Positions 1 through 11,607 of a stretch of 64,000 nt of DNA are shown in pieces. The position numbers and the translations under genes are program-made. The notes beneath the pieces were generated by a model. That model made no database searches and was not told the origin of the DNA. It worked only from the letters and a program-made list of their open reading frames with translations. The DNA is taken from NCBI GenBank assembly GCA_001949185.1, contig BDGG01000019.1, positions 275,231 to 339,230 of the forward strand, written 5' to 3'. The stretch is from Ramazzottius varieornatus (Eukaryota > Animalia > Tardigrada). The stretch's first letter is position 1, and every line of letters begins with the position of its first letter.

Positions 1-1750
1 CGGCTTGAGTATTGAGCTCTACCGAGTTCTCCTGCGCCTTCGCCAGAAACTTCAATCCTTTGAAAACCTGCAAACCACAACGCTTAAATATTCAACACAG
101 CTCGAAATCCTATCCCGGAGCTCGGCAAACAGACTCGGAAAGACTATTTTCCGAAGCGGCGCATAATCTCGATGTCATTAACTGGAAACGTGCGCCACTT
201 GAGAAAACGAAGGATCTTGTCAAGTGTGTTTCCCAAGTTGCGCACCTTCCGGTCTTATTGACGTAGAGTGCGCCACTTGGGAAAACGTCGACTAATGTCG
301 ATTTTTTTCCTGTCGAATTTTTCTGCCGAGCTCTTCTCTCTCGATAGACAGTTACCGGTTCTGGCTTGGTACACAAAAACAGGAGCAGTTCGTTATGCAG
401 TCGACTATTATCCGAAGCGATGAGTTTGTTTCGAGGTTTGCTGGTCAGCTTCTCGACTAGTCGAAGTCCTTGTTCCAGTTCCGCGTCATCTTTTGCTTCG
501 ACGATCATGATGGGCAGCAACTGTTCAAAAAACTCAAAAAGTAGTTTGCTTAGATCGTGGAGCGGCGATACTTCAGCGAGGAAAGTTAAGGCATCCACCG
601 CAGCAGGGGAGCCACAGGCGATGAGAGGCTGCAGAAGGAAGGGAATGGACGTGCTGAGTAGCTCTTCGATGTCGCCGAACTTGAAGACGGTGATGACCGT
701 GCTCATGATCGGGAACTTCTGCTCGTAGGGAGTATCAAGAAGACGGTGGGCAAGGTGGACGGCCAGTATGTCTTCGTACCGACGAAAGAATTCGGACGGG
801 TGGACGGGGTGAAGTTCGTAGGCCAGCGTGATGCATCTTGTGGTCTGTACTCGAACCTAGAAAACCGCAAACGACCAAATTAACTGAACAAACGGATGTC
901 GTCACGTTTCCTGCCTTCTGACACGATGAGATAATACGTCCCCCGCATGGCAAACTATGACGTCACATACGACGGGTGTTCAGTACATAGACAGAGGAAG
1001 CTTCCACGACGGCGGCCGACATCACGCAAGCGAGCTTCAAGATGTCCATGTAACAACGTATTTCCAACCGTACGATGACGTCACGAATCACCCTGACTAT
1101 TTCAGCAATGCCAAACAAAGTTAATCCTGAGGCAACAGGTAAAATCAGGCAGCAGGCAGGGACTTACGATAACCCAAGAACTCAACACTCCCTCAAGGAT
1201 GATTTCAGCAAACCCAGGCAGATCGTCGTCTTTTGATGAGAAGCGCAGAAGTAGATGGAGAAGTTTCAGCAGAACCAACTGACGTTTATCATCGCCAGTT
1301 CTGAATGATCCCAGCTGCTGGCGAAACCACGCCGAGACTGCCTTGAGGTACAGAAAGCGTGCTTTTGCTTCTGGACGTTCAGTGTGTAGCGGAACGGCGC
1401 GAAGAAAGTCGGGTAGGATTTCAGCAACGTCGGGATTCCGCCGCGCAGACAAATCCAAATCCTAGAAAAAGTCGAATGTAAGTTGTTCGCATGGTGAGGA
1501 TGATGATACAAACCTTCTTTATCTTCTCAAAACACTGAGCAGCGGTTTCTTCATCCTCCAGGAGAAGGGCAGGGTCAGGCATCGCGGTCGTCCACAATTT
1601 GTTCCCGTAATTCTGAAGCTCCAGCTTCGCTATCTTTCGTGGACTGCCGTCCCGGGAGCCGGTCATCTTACGTGCGATAGCTCTGACTCGACAGTTCAAG
1701 TTCCACACCACATCATCCCAACCGCAGAGCGTATGTGTACTCCCGCAAGC
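1..1750 (-). CDS. ATR: Serine/threonine kinase ATR, HEAT-repeat region (multi-exon; runs off the left edge; 5' end unresolved)
   Basis: Spliced exons 856-356 and 67-1 read VRVQ...SEFFRRYEDILAVHLAHRL...VFKFGDIEELL...GSPAAVDAL...ELEQGLRLV...SRLHNELLLFLCTKPEP|VFKGLKFLAKA. This parallels vertebrate ATR as recalled (FFSQYKKPICQFL...VFDFPDL...ASPAASAL...ELERAL...GLHNELLLRIGEHYQQVFNGL). Upstream exons correspond to ORFs 1102-1458 and 1421-1711. Confidence 0.8.
116..333. repeat. Intronic palindromic element (dimer) in ATR intron
   Basis: GAGCTCGGCAAAC...two GCGCA/TGCGCCACTT cores...TGCCGAGCTC. Confidence 0.85.
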
Positions 1751-2092
1751 GATAAGAAAGACGACGCTTCAGCCAGACGCACATGAAGAACGATGAACTC
1801 AGCTCCAAGAACGGATTCTGGATTTGGAATGATATCGATGTGGAATCAATGGTAAGCGCCCCAAGGCCTGCCTTCATTCTGGTTATAAGCCACATCTTAT
1901 ATAGAAGACCCTGATGCTAGCAAGCTGGTCAGTGTTTAATCTATAGTCTTTTCGCTTACCGGAAGTTCGAGAATCAAAACGCGGGATTACTGGACAGCGG
2001 ACAGCAGCTCGTCATCATGTCCCACATTGTTACTTCCTGAGTTTCCATTGCCATTTATCAGTTGCCAAGAATACTGAAGTTCCAGCCATTAT

Positions 2093-2596
2093 TTATTCGA
2101 TTATCGAGGAAGACCCATTTTGCGAAGCAGGATTTCTCATCGGAGAATCAATGGTAATAGTAACTGGTCCGTCCATTTCGGAATCAATCAGCATGTGCTC
2201 ACCAAAAAATCCACGCTGAATTTTGGAGGCATCGTACGATGCACCCAGTCGCTCTATAAGCAACTCATACACAGGGAAACTTTCTGGCCCGAGCATAGAA
2301 TGATGAAAATCGGGCTTGGATCCTTTCATCGTGTTAGCGTACAGGGTAAATTGACTTATGCATAAAATCTCGTAATTCATCTCTTTGACAGAGTGCTTCC
2401 ATCGGCCGCCGGCTTTATCGTCGTATAACCTGAGGTTGAGAATCTTCTTGACCATCCAATCAACGTCAACAGGAACCTTATCATCACGGTGCACGCCGAT
2501 GAAAATCAGGAGGCCATGCTGGATGGAACTGACTTCTTCTTGCGCATCTTTCTTTCTCACGGAAGCTCGTACCACTCGCTGGATCACCGCCCGCAT
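2093..2596 (-). CDS. DTD1: D-aminoacyl-tRNA deacylase 1 (intronless CDS)
   Basis: MRAVIQRV start, SQFTL motif, KPDFH and DGPVTI (Gly-cisPro) motif; 167 aa. Confidence 0.96.
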   Translation of the reverse strand: MRAVIQRVVRASVRKKDAQEEVSSIQHGLLIFIGVHRDDKVPVDVDWMVKKILNLRLYDDKAGGRWKHSVKEMNYEILCISQFTLYANTMKGSKPDFHHSMLGPESFPVYELLIERLGASYDASKIQRGFFGEHMLIDSEMDGPVTITIDSPMRNPASQNGSSSIIE

Positions 2597-3185
2597 TTCT
2601 CTCCTTCGACTAGCCTCCCCACTTCAAAATTCACTTGCCTGCAAAAGACAAAAACAGAGTAGTTGTAACGCTTCGCTTCACAGGACCACCAAAAGTCCCA
2701 TCAGACAGAAAAGAATTACGTATGAAGAACCAGCGGTTTGACGGATAATATTCTCAGCCTAATATCGAGATTTTCTCAGCTGTCACGTACGACCTGCCAT
2801 GAACTATTAGAACGGCCAATTTCGTCCTCAGTGCGCAACTTTTACCTCCGCTGAACAGTAGACCCGATGTTCGAGGAACGTTTTGGAACGGTAGTTTTCG
2901 TATGAAAAATGTTTATCGACTGATTGCCGTTTGCGAGTTGGGCTGCATTTTCTGTTGCGAAACCGTTCGGTGTTCTGAATAATTCACTGAGAAAATCATC
3001 CGGCCATCGCTGTGAAGAACTTAAAACTTTCCTACAGTACATACTCATCGAATTTTTGCAAAAAAACAAATCAACAAAGTTCAATCAACTGTCAGACTGT
3101 CATCAAATGACGGTACGGCCACGATACCTTTCGGGACTACGTCGCACTGGTCACGTGAGCTATCAGCTGTTCCAGTCTGGCTGTT

Positions 3186-4283
3186 AGTGCTGGCAACGAT
3201 ACGGCATGCAGATATCGTATCGGAAATATCGATATGAAACTCGTATCGAATAATGCAATAGAGTATTCGGCGATATCGTATCGCGCCATATCGATGTATT
3301 TTCGATATATCGGTATTTGGCTGAATTAAGGTTGTAAATTCCTAATTCCATTCCTTTCCAAATTCCGTTCATTCGTGGAATTCCGTTCCGTTCCGAGGAG
3401 TAGCCGTTTGGAACGGTGGAGTTCCTATTTAGGAAAACTAGCAAAAATCAGAGAAAATTTAAGAATTCCACGAGGTAAACAGTCGAAGATCCAGCAGATC
3501 CTGTCGAAAAACTGAACCCGATACTGGCTCACACATGCGTACCACTGAGGCTAATTGTTCGTTCAGTTAGCATTTTCGATCCGTCGCACTAAAGTATGCG
3601 GCGCATTCAACTGTGCGTAAGTCTTTGATTTTCCCTTGGACTTTCAGGTCCGACAAGACCGAAAGTTCGGACCGGTCAATCTCCAGCTGGCTTTCAGTCT
3701 CAAAACCATTATTTGGCGATAACTTCAGATCATGTTCACTGTTTTAGATGGGTATGTAGAAAGAACTAAACTGGCAAATGGGACTTTGGAATTCCGGATT
3801 TCTGCGAGGACCTTCTGGACAAGGAAATAGGAATATAGGAATGTTAGGAATTCATTTCCTATTTTCCATTCCAAGGGCATGCGGCCTGGAATTTACAACC
3901 TTAGACTGAATGGCAAACTCGCCAGTGATATCTCGTCTACGGAAGATCATGGTTGATTCCAAAACTCGATTTTGGCCATGGTGTACCGCGCACACTCCAC
4001 CCATCCGGTTCAGGTACTAAATCTGTCCAGGTTTCCATGTATCTGAAGTCTTGGTGTAATCATGTCTTTGCTGCATCCGACGCTTTCGATCTTACTCATA
4101 CTTTATGCGGGAAATCGGCTTCTTGAGTTTTTGGGCTTGGACCAGTAGAACTCCGAAAAACTAAAATTCCAGAAATATCGATATATCGCCGCGCTACGAT
4201 ACGATATATCGAAAATACGGTAACGGAAAAATATCGTGTCGAAATATCGATAGCGAATGAATATCGAAGACCGCGATCCCATG
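3186..4283. repeat. Degenerate non-autonomous DNA element with ATCGAT/GATATCG subterminal repeat clusters, interrupted by the MITE below
   Basis: Dense ATCGAT/TATCG arrays at ~3205-3312 and ~4170-4270; termini not cleanly resolvable. Confidence 0.45.
3327..3903. mobile_element. hAT-like MITE (577 bp)
   Basis: Perfect 16-bp TIR TAAGGTTGTAAATTCC/GGAATTTACAACCTTA; 8-bp flanks GGCTGAAT and GACTGAAT (7/8 match); GGAAT/ATTCC subterminal repeats. Confidence 0.85.
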
Positions 4284-4404
4284 TGAGACCACATGAAGTG
4301 GTTTGACATGGGATAACATGGGGTATCAAGTCGCGAACAAAGTTTATTAATAGGCTCTGCGAGCATTACGTAATAGCCTCACACCAAGGGCTTACAATGA
4401 CTAA

Positions 4405-5966
4405 CGAGGGGATTATGCCTGTCCCCACCTCTTGTTGGTCAAACTGTCCTGGCGGAACGAGAGAGGAGAGTCTCTTCTAGGATCTGAGCCAGTGAGCTAA
4501 ATCCCGCGTCGATCCTGGAGCAAACTACAGGGACTCGGAAGTGACGTCAGAAATTTATGCCAATAATGTAGAAACGTGATGTCTTGTAGGTCCACGTTAG
4601 ACCTAAAAAACAAACCCTGAAACCCATCAGTAAACAAACTTGTTACGGCACAGAAATGATGAGCGTCATAAAAGTGATGGAAGCAAAGACGGGCCTTGCA
4701 CCACCCGCAAACCAGAAGAACAATGTCTCTGCAGTTCTCGTGAAGACAACTGCCTTTCAGCTTATCAAACATAAACTTGGCTCGATTAACATACATGAAA
4801 CGTTCGTCGGTATATCCCGATTTATGCCAAGCTTCAGTTATCAAATTTTCGAACCTGGGCGACTGAAACTGTTAATACAGCAAAGAGTGCAATCTCGAAA
4901 TCACATCGCGATGATGCACTTGAACGGGTAAACCGTGCAAAAAGACAAAGTAGGATATCTTGTTGAAGCAGCCTTCGTACATCCTAGAGCATAACACATC
5001 CAGCGGTTGAATTTGACCGGTAACCTTCGGAGGGATGGTCAGCATTTCGTACTCCAGCTCTTCCGGTTTTCAGTTCAATCACAGAATCTTGATCGGTGAA
5101 GGTCTTCCACGAGTCGGCCAAGAAAATACACCGCTCTTCCATACGAGGGAAAAGAACCTTTCTGACCACTCTAAGTAGAGCTTTTTGGTCATCTTCCCGG
5201 ATGTCGAAGCAGTGACATACAGATTATCAGCCTTGAACATCGTTCTCGACACGATTGGACCAAACACTCCTTTCTCTTCCTTCAGCGTTAGGAAGAGAAC
5301 AGGATGAAACTTACGCCTGCCCGGGAGACCGCCATCATCACAGTGTAGCTATGTGTTATGGAATTCTCCGACTGGGCGATCGCTTCCACGTGTTTTACTC
5401 CAGCAGTTTCCAAAGTTCTTCCTGGTCTCATCTCATATTCAAAGCCTGACTGATCCGCATTCCACAGACAGTCTAACCCGTACTCTGCGATCCTTGATCT
5501 GACAAGCGCAACGCAGGCTTCAGCACTTTCCTTGACGTGAGGCGCTTCTTGTATGGATTTCTTGGTGACGAACTTGGTTATTTTCCGGTCAACGATCCCA
5601 TAATATCTAGCAAATATTAATTTCGTTTTTGAAGGAAATCGAAGCACAAAAAACTGTTTATACCGTTCGAGTTTTCCGATCCAGTCTGGGGAAGCAGTGA
5701 AGCCGGCCAAGTTCACCGTTTCGTTCGCAGTGAGAGCCCATCGACGTAAGTCCAAATCCTTGACCGCTTGCTTTTTCCTTTTAGCGAGGAAGAACTGCTT
5801 ACCAACATCCAAACGTAGAGTCTTCAACTTGTCCAGCCTGGAACTGCCTCACACTACCTGATTTTCCAAGTCGTACAGCTGCCGTATGCTGGTTACTTTA
5901 CCAAAACTCTTCGTTCCGCCAGGACAGTTTGACCATAAAGAGGTGGGGACAGGCATAATCCCCTCG
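4405..5966 (-). mobile_element. pogo/Tigger-like Tc1-mariner element, defective, intron-containing transposase
   Basis: ~58-bp TIRs CGAGGGGATTATGCCTGTCCCCACCTCTT...; TA at the right end. Minus-strand fragments include a CENPB-like HTH (FTASPDWIGK), LWNADQSGF, LADSW and a C-terminal CGWCKARLCFHHF. Frameshifts are present. Confidence 0.88.
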
Positions 5967-6477
5967 TAAGCTGGCTTCGTGGTGTAATTACACCAGCTAC
6001 TTTAGTGGATACACCAAGAGAATTTTTTTGTCCAGTTTGGAAAGCGGTGTAACGGCTCGCTTTGAAAGCCCCGCAAAGCAGGTAAGTACGATTGGAGGAT
6101 TATGAGATCTGTGATGTCGGAGGAATCACCATACACTCACCAGTAGGACGAGTAGCCAGAAACTTCGTCATGGAAGTGCCATTTGAAAGTTTGGAGGGGA
6201 GCACAGCGCACTCGGGATGTTGGTCAATTCTGGTGTAATTACGAGTCGTTCCGGAGCGATTCGTAATTACACCGAAAGTTTAATGTCTGGTGGAATGAAT
6301 AGGCCAATCGCAAGAATGTGGGTGGAGCCAATTACACCAGCGTTGTAATTCCACCAGCGGTGTGATCTATCTTTGTAAGCTCTTACTGTACCGGCGGCAA
6401 CAAAAGCAGCGATGGTCCGATGGACGAATGATTTACTCAGTGAGTTAATCAAAGTACAGAACGGCTTCGCAATATTA

Positions 6478-9122
6478 CTTTAAAATTCCGATCATTTCGG
6501 ACAGAATTTAAGTACGAGCGTGCATTTTTACCTTAGGTCGTAGATATTTTTTACTGTACTACATGTCGATTCTCGTTCAGCTGATCGGGGATTCAAATAC
6601 GGCGGTGTTTCGCCGTAAAGATGGGCTTCACGAGCTGCCGTAAGCCAGTGCGCTTGTAAACTGCTGTCCGCAAAAGGTCTGTTTTATGACTCGTGTGATC
6701 CAGAATTCCAGATTCCTCGTCCCCACCTGTTGCTCCTACTTAGAGATACTCCAGCCCTAGGAATTTCGCAACCTCAAACAGGCTTATTCTTCAGCAAGAT
6801 ACTCTCAGCGCTTTCGCAGCTTCCGGGCCATTCCTTGCCATCCCCAGTCGACCTTCTTAATATCTGCATCATGCCGAAGGATGTTACAATTCTTATTCGG
6901 AGGACAAGAAACGTCGGGCAGTTGACCATTATTATGAGGAGAAGGAGAGGAACGGCGTAACGATTAGGGAGTTTGCACGTCTTCAGTATTATCGGCTGGA
7001 CTCGTGCGCCACTTGAAAAAGGATCTTGCCGAGTTTGCTTTCGCGTGTGTTGCACGTCTTAGTGCTAGGGAGTAACCACAGCGTTCATGTTTTCTAGACC
7101 ATCTGGTCCGCCTTCTCTCAAACGGAAGCGTCCCGTCAGATTTCGGGCAATGGAAGACGAAGTGTACCTTTACGTGTTAGATCAAAGATATCTCGGCCTC
7201 GAAGTAAGAAACAGCGATATACAGTAAAGGAGAAAGCGCTGGAGATCGTGAAACGTGACTACGGAGAAAACACAGGCTTCAAGGCGTTGGATCACTGGTG
7301 CTGTACCTTCAAGAAGAGATACAGCCTCGTTACCCGAGCCGTAACACATACTGCCCGAAAAACCACGTTCACGGCTGAAGATCTGGTAAATCCTGTATAA
7401 CCTGCATTGCTTTCTGGAGTGGCGCACACTTCCAGCTAATTACACCGATATAAGCGCCGCTTGAAATAACAATTTTGCACGTTTCGTTTGCCGGCTTTTC
7501 AAATGACTTTCGCTTTTGGGAAATCCATGAGAAGTTCTTCTGTGCAATTGAAGAGCACGTCTACATGGCAAACCCTCCCAAATCAAGGATCCTTAACATG
7601 GATCAAACGATGGTCCGTGTGGTCGCACCGGGAAAGAAAACAATCTCTCCCAAAGGAGTAAAAGAGGTGAAAATTTCTTCGTAACGATCCTCATTTTAGT
7701 ATCTCGAATATTTTCTGGAGGGAACAATTTTTTTCCCTAGGTATCTGTTTCACATCCCACAGGAGACAGGGAAGGTTTTACTGTGAACCTCACCATCAGG
7801 GCAGATGGATTTAAATATCCCGCTGAAGTTATCTTCAAGACTACGGCGAAGGCTGGAGTTAGGGTTGTTAATGGATGGATAAAACGTTTATCCAATCCAG
7901 GTTTTGGACAATTAACATCCCTAGCTGGAGTGTTGAGTGACGCGTACATCGCAGAACTGAATGTTCCTGAGAATATCGTAGTGAGAAGTGCGCGAAAGGT
8001 TTGGTGGAATGGTCGATTCGACGATGACTATGTTGACAATGTTCCGACCACCCTATCCTCCAACCGTGATTTTTCGCGACAAGTTCTCCGTGCATGTGAG
8101 AGACGAGTTTTGACGCCACGGAACAACGCAATGTTCAACAGATTGTTATTCCTCCAGGTCAGGTCTGCTCGAAATAAGTTAAAAGCGCCAGTTCGTTTTT
8201 CATAAGTGGCGCAAACGTCCAGCTAGGGACACTAGAAGCGTGCGCCACTTGCAAACAGCAATCAGACGCGAGTAGAGCGATTTCCTAAGTGGCGCACACT
8301 TTGAGCTAATAACACTGAGAACGTGCGCCGCTTTTGCCCGTCCCGAATATACGTGTTTCAGGCATGACTGGGAAATACCAACCGCTCGACGTGAGCGTTA
8401 ACGGGATTTTCAAACAATTCTTGAAAGAATAATACAGACGTTGGAGGCGAGAAAACATTAGCTTCACCGCAGCAGGCTATATCAAGAAACCTGGGAAAAA
8501 TGAGTCCATACAGATGGTGTCCTCAGCTTGGAAGAAAGTGGATGTGGAAGTTGTCAAAAAATCCTTTTACGCAGCAGAGCTCCTTTGGAAAAGCGATGTT
8601 TTGCCAGAGTTCAACGAGATAACCTGGCTGTGGTTTCCCACTACCTGCGAGAAGAACCGTTGTGAGCTGACGACGGATGCCAAGTGCCTTGCTGACCGAT
8701 CGTCTCGGTATGAGCAGACAGCCAGCGTTTCCGGAAACAAGAGCTGCAAAAGATCCAAATTCCCTCCGGTTTGTGTAGGAGAGATGGAAGAAGAAGAGTC
8801 CTATGAGCTGGATTTAAGCTTTGTAAAAGACTCCTCTTTTTTCGAAGAAGAGACTAACGATTCAGATCCTGATATGGAGGCCGAGGAAGAAGAAGACGAG
8901 GATAACTGAGTTGTCGATTTTGGTGTGTTATCGAGTCATGTGAACAGTAAAGAGACTTTCTACGTTAGCCATTAGAGTTTGCTTGCGGCGCATCCTGCTG
9001 TAGAGTATAGACCCCCGATCAGCTGATCGAAGATCGATACGTACAGTGAAACATATCTACGACCTAGGGTACAAATGCACGCACGTACTTAAATTCTGTC
9101 CGAAATGATCGGAATTTTAAAG
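6478..9122 (+). mobile_element. Second pogo-family (DDE_1) element, decayed, spliced transposase
   Basis: ~110-bp TIRs CTTTAAAATTCCGATCATTTCGGACAGAATTTAAGTACG... with TA on both sides; ILNMDQT, IPPG|MTGKYQPLDVSVN and VSSAWKKV motifs; in-frame stops. Confidence 0.9.
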
Positions 9123-9959
9123 TAAGTGCAGCCCAACTTAGGACGGCAGTTACTCGATATTTCTATTTATATATTATATATAATATTTAACACTTATATG
9201 GAAAAATACCACTCAAGTGTCGTTCGAACATCAGGTCTCATCTTCAGCAGAGGTAGAAGTGGCCTATTGATGACAAAATCGACAGTTGGGCCGGTTTTTA
9301 GCAGGTCATAAGTGGCAGTTTCGTAATTTTTGATATTAGGCTGGGCTTGGTCTACTATGCCATTCTGCCATCTGCCATTTGCCATTTCATCGGTCGAGTG
9401 GGAGGAGTCGACTTGATTTCGGTCTAACCAAGAACCGACCACAAACTTTAGCGGGCAATGAGTCCTACGATGGCCTTGGCGCGCATGGCATCCAAGCGCC
9501 ATTTGACATGTTTGCATGTTTTCGAATGAACTTGTTTGCAAACAACCATTCATCGCTCCTGTTGTCATTCAACAACACCCGTTCATATGCTTTTCTCGAT
9601 TCCCTCGTAGACATCCCGTCCACCCATTTAGCTTTGGAAGCACAGTGCGAACCACAACATGTCACGGGAAGGATCCTCGCCTCCTTCAAGCTCGCAAAGG
9701 AAGAGGTAAGTCGAACCTCGCAAATCGGTGCGTTATTCGTAAACCTGGCGTATGTTTGTGCATCGCTGCAGGGCCATCGCGGATATGTCCGATGACAGCG
9801 GTGATGAAGCAGATGTCTCGAACGTCTCCGTCAGTTTTATCAGCTCTTCAGATACCGAGGAAACCAGTGCTACGGATGAAATCAGGTAAGGTAGAGGTTA
9901 CCTGACTTGACGGTTGACTCGAAGGTTCACTTGAATCTTGACTGTAAGGCTCATCAAAT

Positions 9960-11580
9960 CGCGACGTTTGCAATGACATTGAGCCTGCTTTCTCTTAGTG
10001 GAGAGCCAATCGGAATATTTGCCGAACTCGGCGCTGTCCCAATACAGAAAACCTCGAAAGAAGACTCTGTTCTGGGTGCATTGTACCTGTGGTAAGAAGC
10101 GAAAACTCGAAAACATAACTAGTTGTTTCTAATTCGGTATGCTTTTGCAGTAACGATCTGAAGTTCTTCAAAACCGGCGCCGGTGTAGCTAGCGTGCTGG
10201 ATCGTCTGCGCGATATCGAAGTTGCTGAAACTTACGCAAATGCTAGAATGCCAATTAAATTCCAGGGGTCGCTTTCTGCGACCCCTGGAATTTGATCTGC
10301 AGAGTCTTCCGAAGACATCGTGGTTAATCCATTCCACCGCCCAAAGAACGTGAAACAGGCAGTCAACGCAAAAGCCGCGGAAAAGAAAAGTGTGTTCGGC
10401 GGAAGCATCGCGCAGTTCCTTGACGGACACCAGAACGTCCATTCACGCTCAGTGGAAATAGACGGCGAGCAGTTCTTGACCTACATCCTCACTCACCCGT
10501 ACCAGCTGAACCTCTTTGCTGGGCTTTGTGGACCGAAATCCAAGCAGGCGATGTACAGCGACACCACCTTCACCATGGGAGGAAAATACATTGTGACAAC
10601 TGTAATGGTGCACCCAATGCTACAAAGCCGTGTTACCGGCGGTCCAGCGCTGCTTCAGATGGCGTCCTTCCTCACACCATCTCTTAAGCAAAAGGCGTAT
10701 GAGGAGTTTGGTTGGTTCCTGAGGCAGTCGGTGGGCAAACCGGAACAGGACTGGAAGCTCCGACACATCACTGACGGTGAGACGGCCCTATACAACGCCT
10801 TCTTGTACGTCTTCGACGATTCCGAGCACGCTCTTTGTGCCATTCATTCTCGCGACGGAGTGAGTAGGAAGATATGCAATGATTTCAAAGGTAAGTGGTT
10901 GTTTGCGAACCTCAGTGCTGATTAAAATGTTCACTCGAAGGTTGACTCGAAGGTTGACGCAGATCGTTCATTAGCGTTTTATCTCACAGATATCGACGCG
11001 AAGCGGAAAAGACTAATCATGTTCGACATCTACGGATTTGTGGACAATGAGAATAATAACCATTCCCCCGGCTTGATTGACTCGGAGACAGTAGAGCTTT
11101 TTCGCCAGCAGCTGGAATCGTGTGAAAGCAGGTGGAAGCATGACAAGTTCTTCGAATGGTTTGTGAAGTACCAGAAAACGAAATTTGAAGAAAAGGTAAT
11201 TCTTCCGGCACGACAAAAAGTCGGTATGCAGAAGAACCTAGCCACGACTAACTACAACGAAGACTTCCACTCGAAAGTCAAGCGAATTGTGGGCGAGGTA
11301 GCAGATCTCAGGCAAGTGACGCTGGGAATGTTAAAGATGGCAGAGGAGCAGAAGAACGATATGGTGAACGCACTGTTCGACCAGGGGCCATTTAAGCTCC
11401 GTCCGGAATTCGCAGCACTGCGTATCCAGGAAAGTCGCATCTACGATTAAAAGTACGTCAGGCTGCAGATTGAACGTTTGTTCTTGGGAGACCCTGGAGA
11501 CGTCTACCTACACAAGTCGAAGAAAACAGTCGTCGCCAAGTCCCATCCTTCAACGAAATCTGACGACACTGCATCAGGTA
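9960..11580 (+). pseudogene. MULE DDE transposase with premature stops
   Basis: YSDTTF (D1), ITDGETALYNAF (D2), LCAIH (CxxH), TTNYNEDFH (E); intron 10891-10989; in-frame TAA at 11448-11450. Confidence 0.85.
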
Positions 11581-11607
11581 CTGACAATGCAGTACTTTAA
11601 CCTCGAC

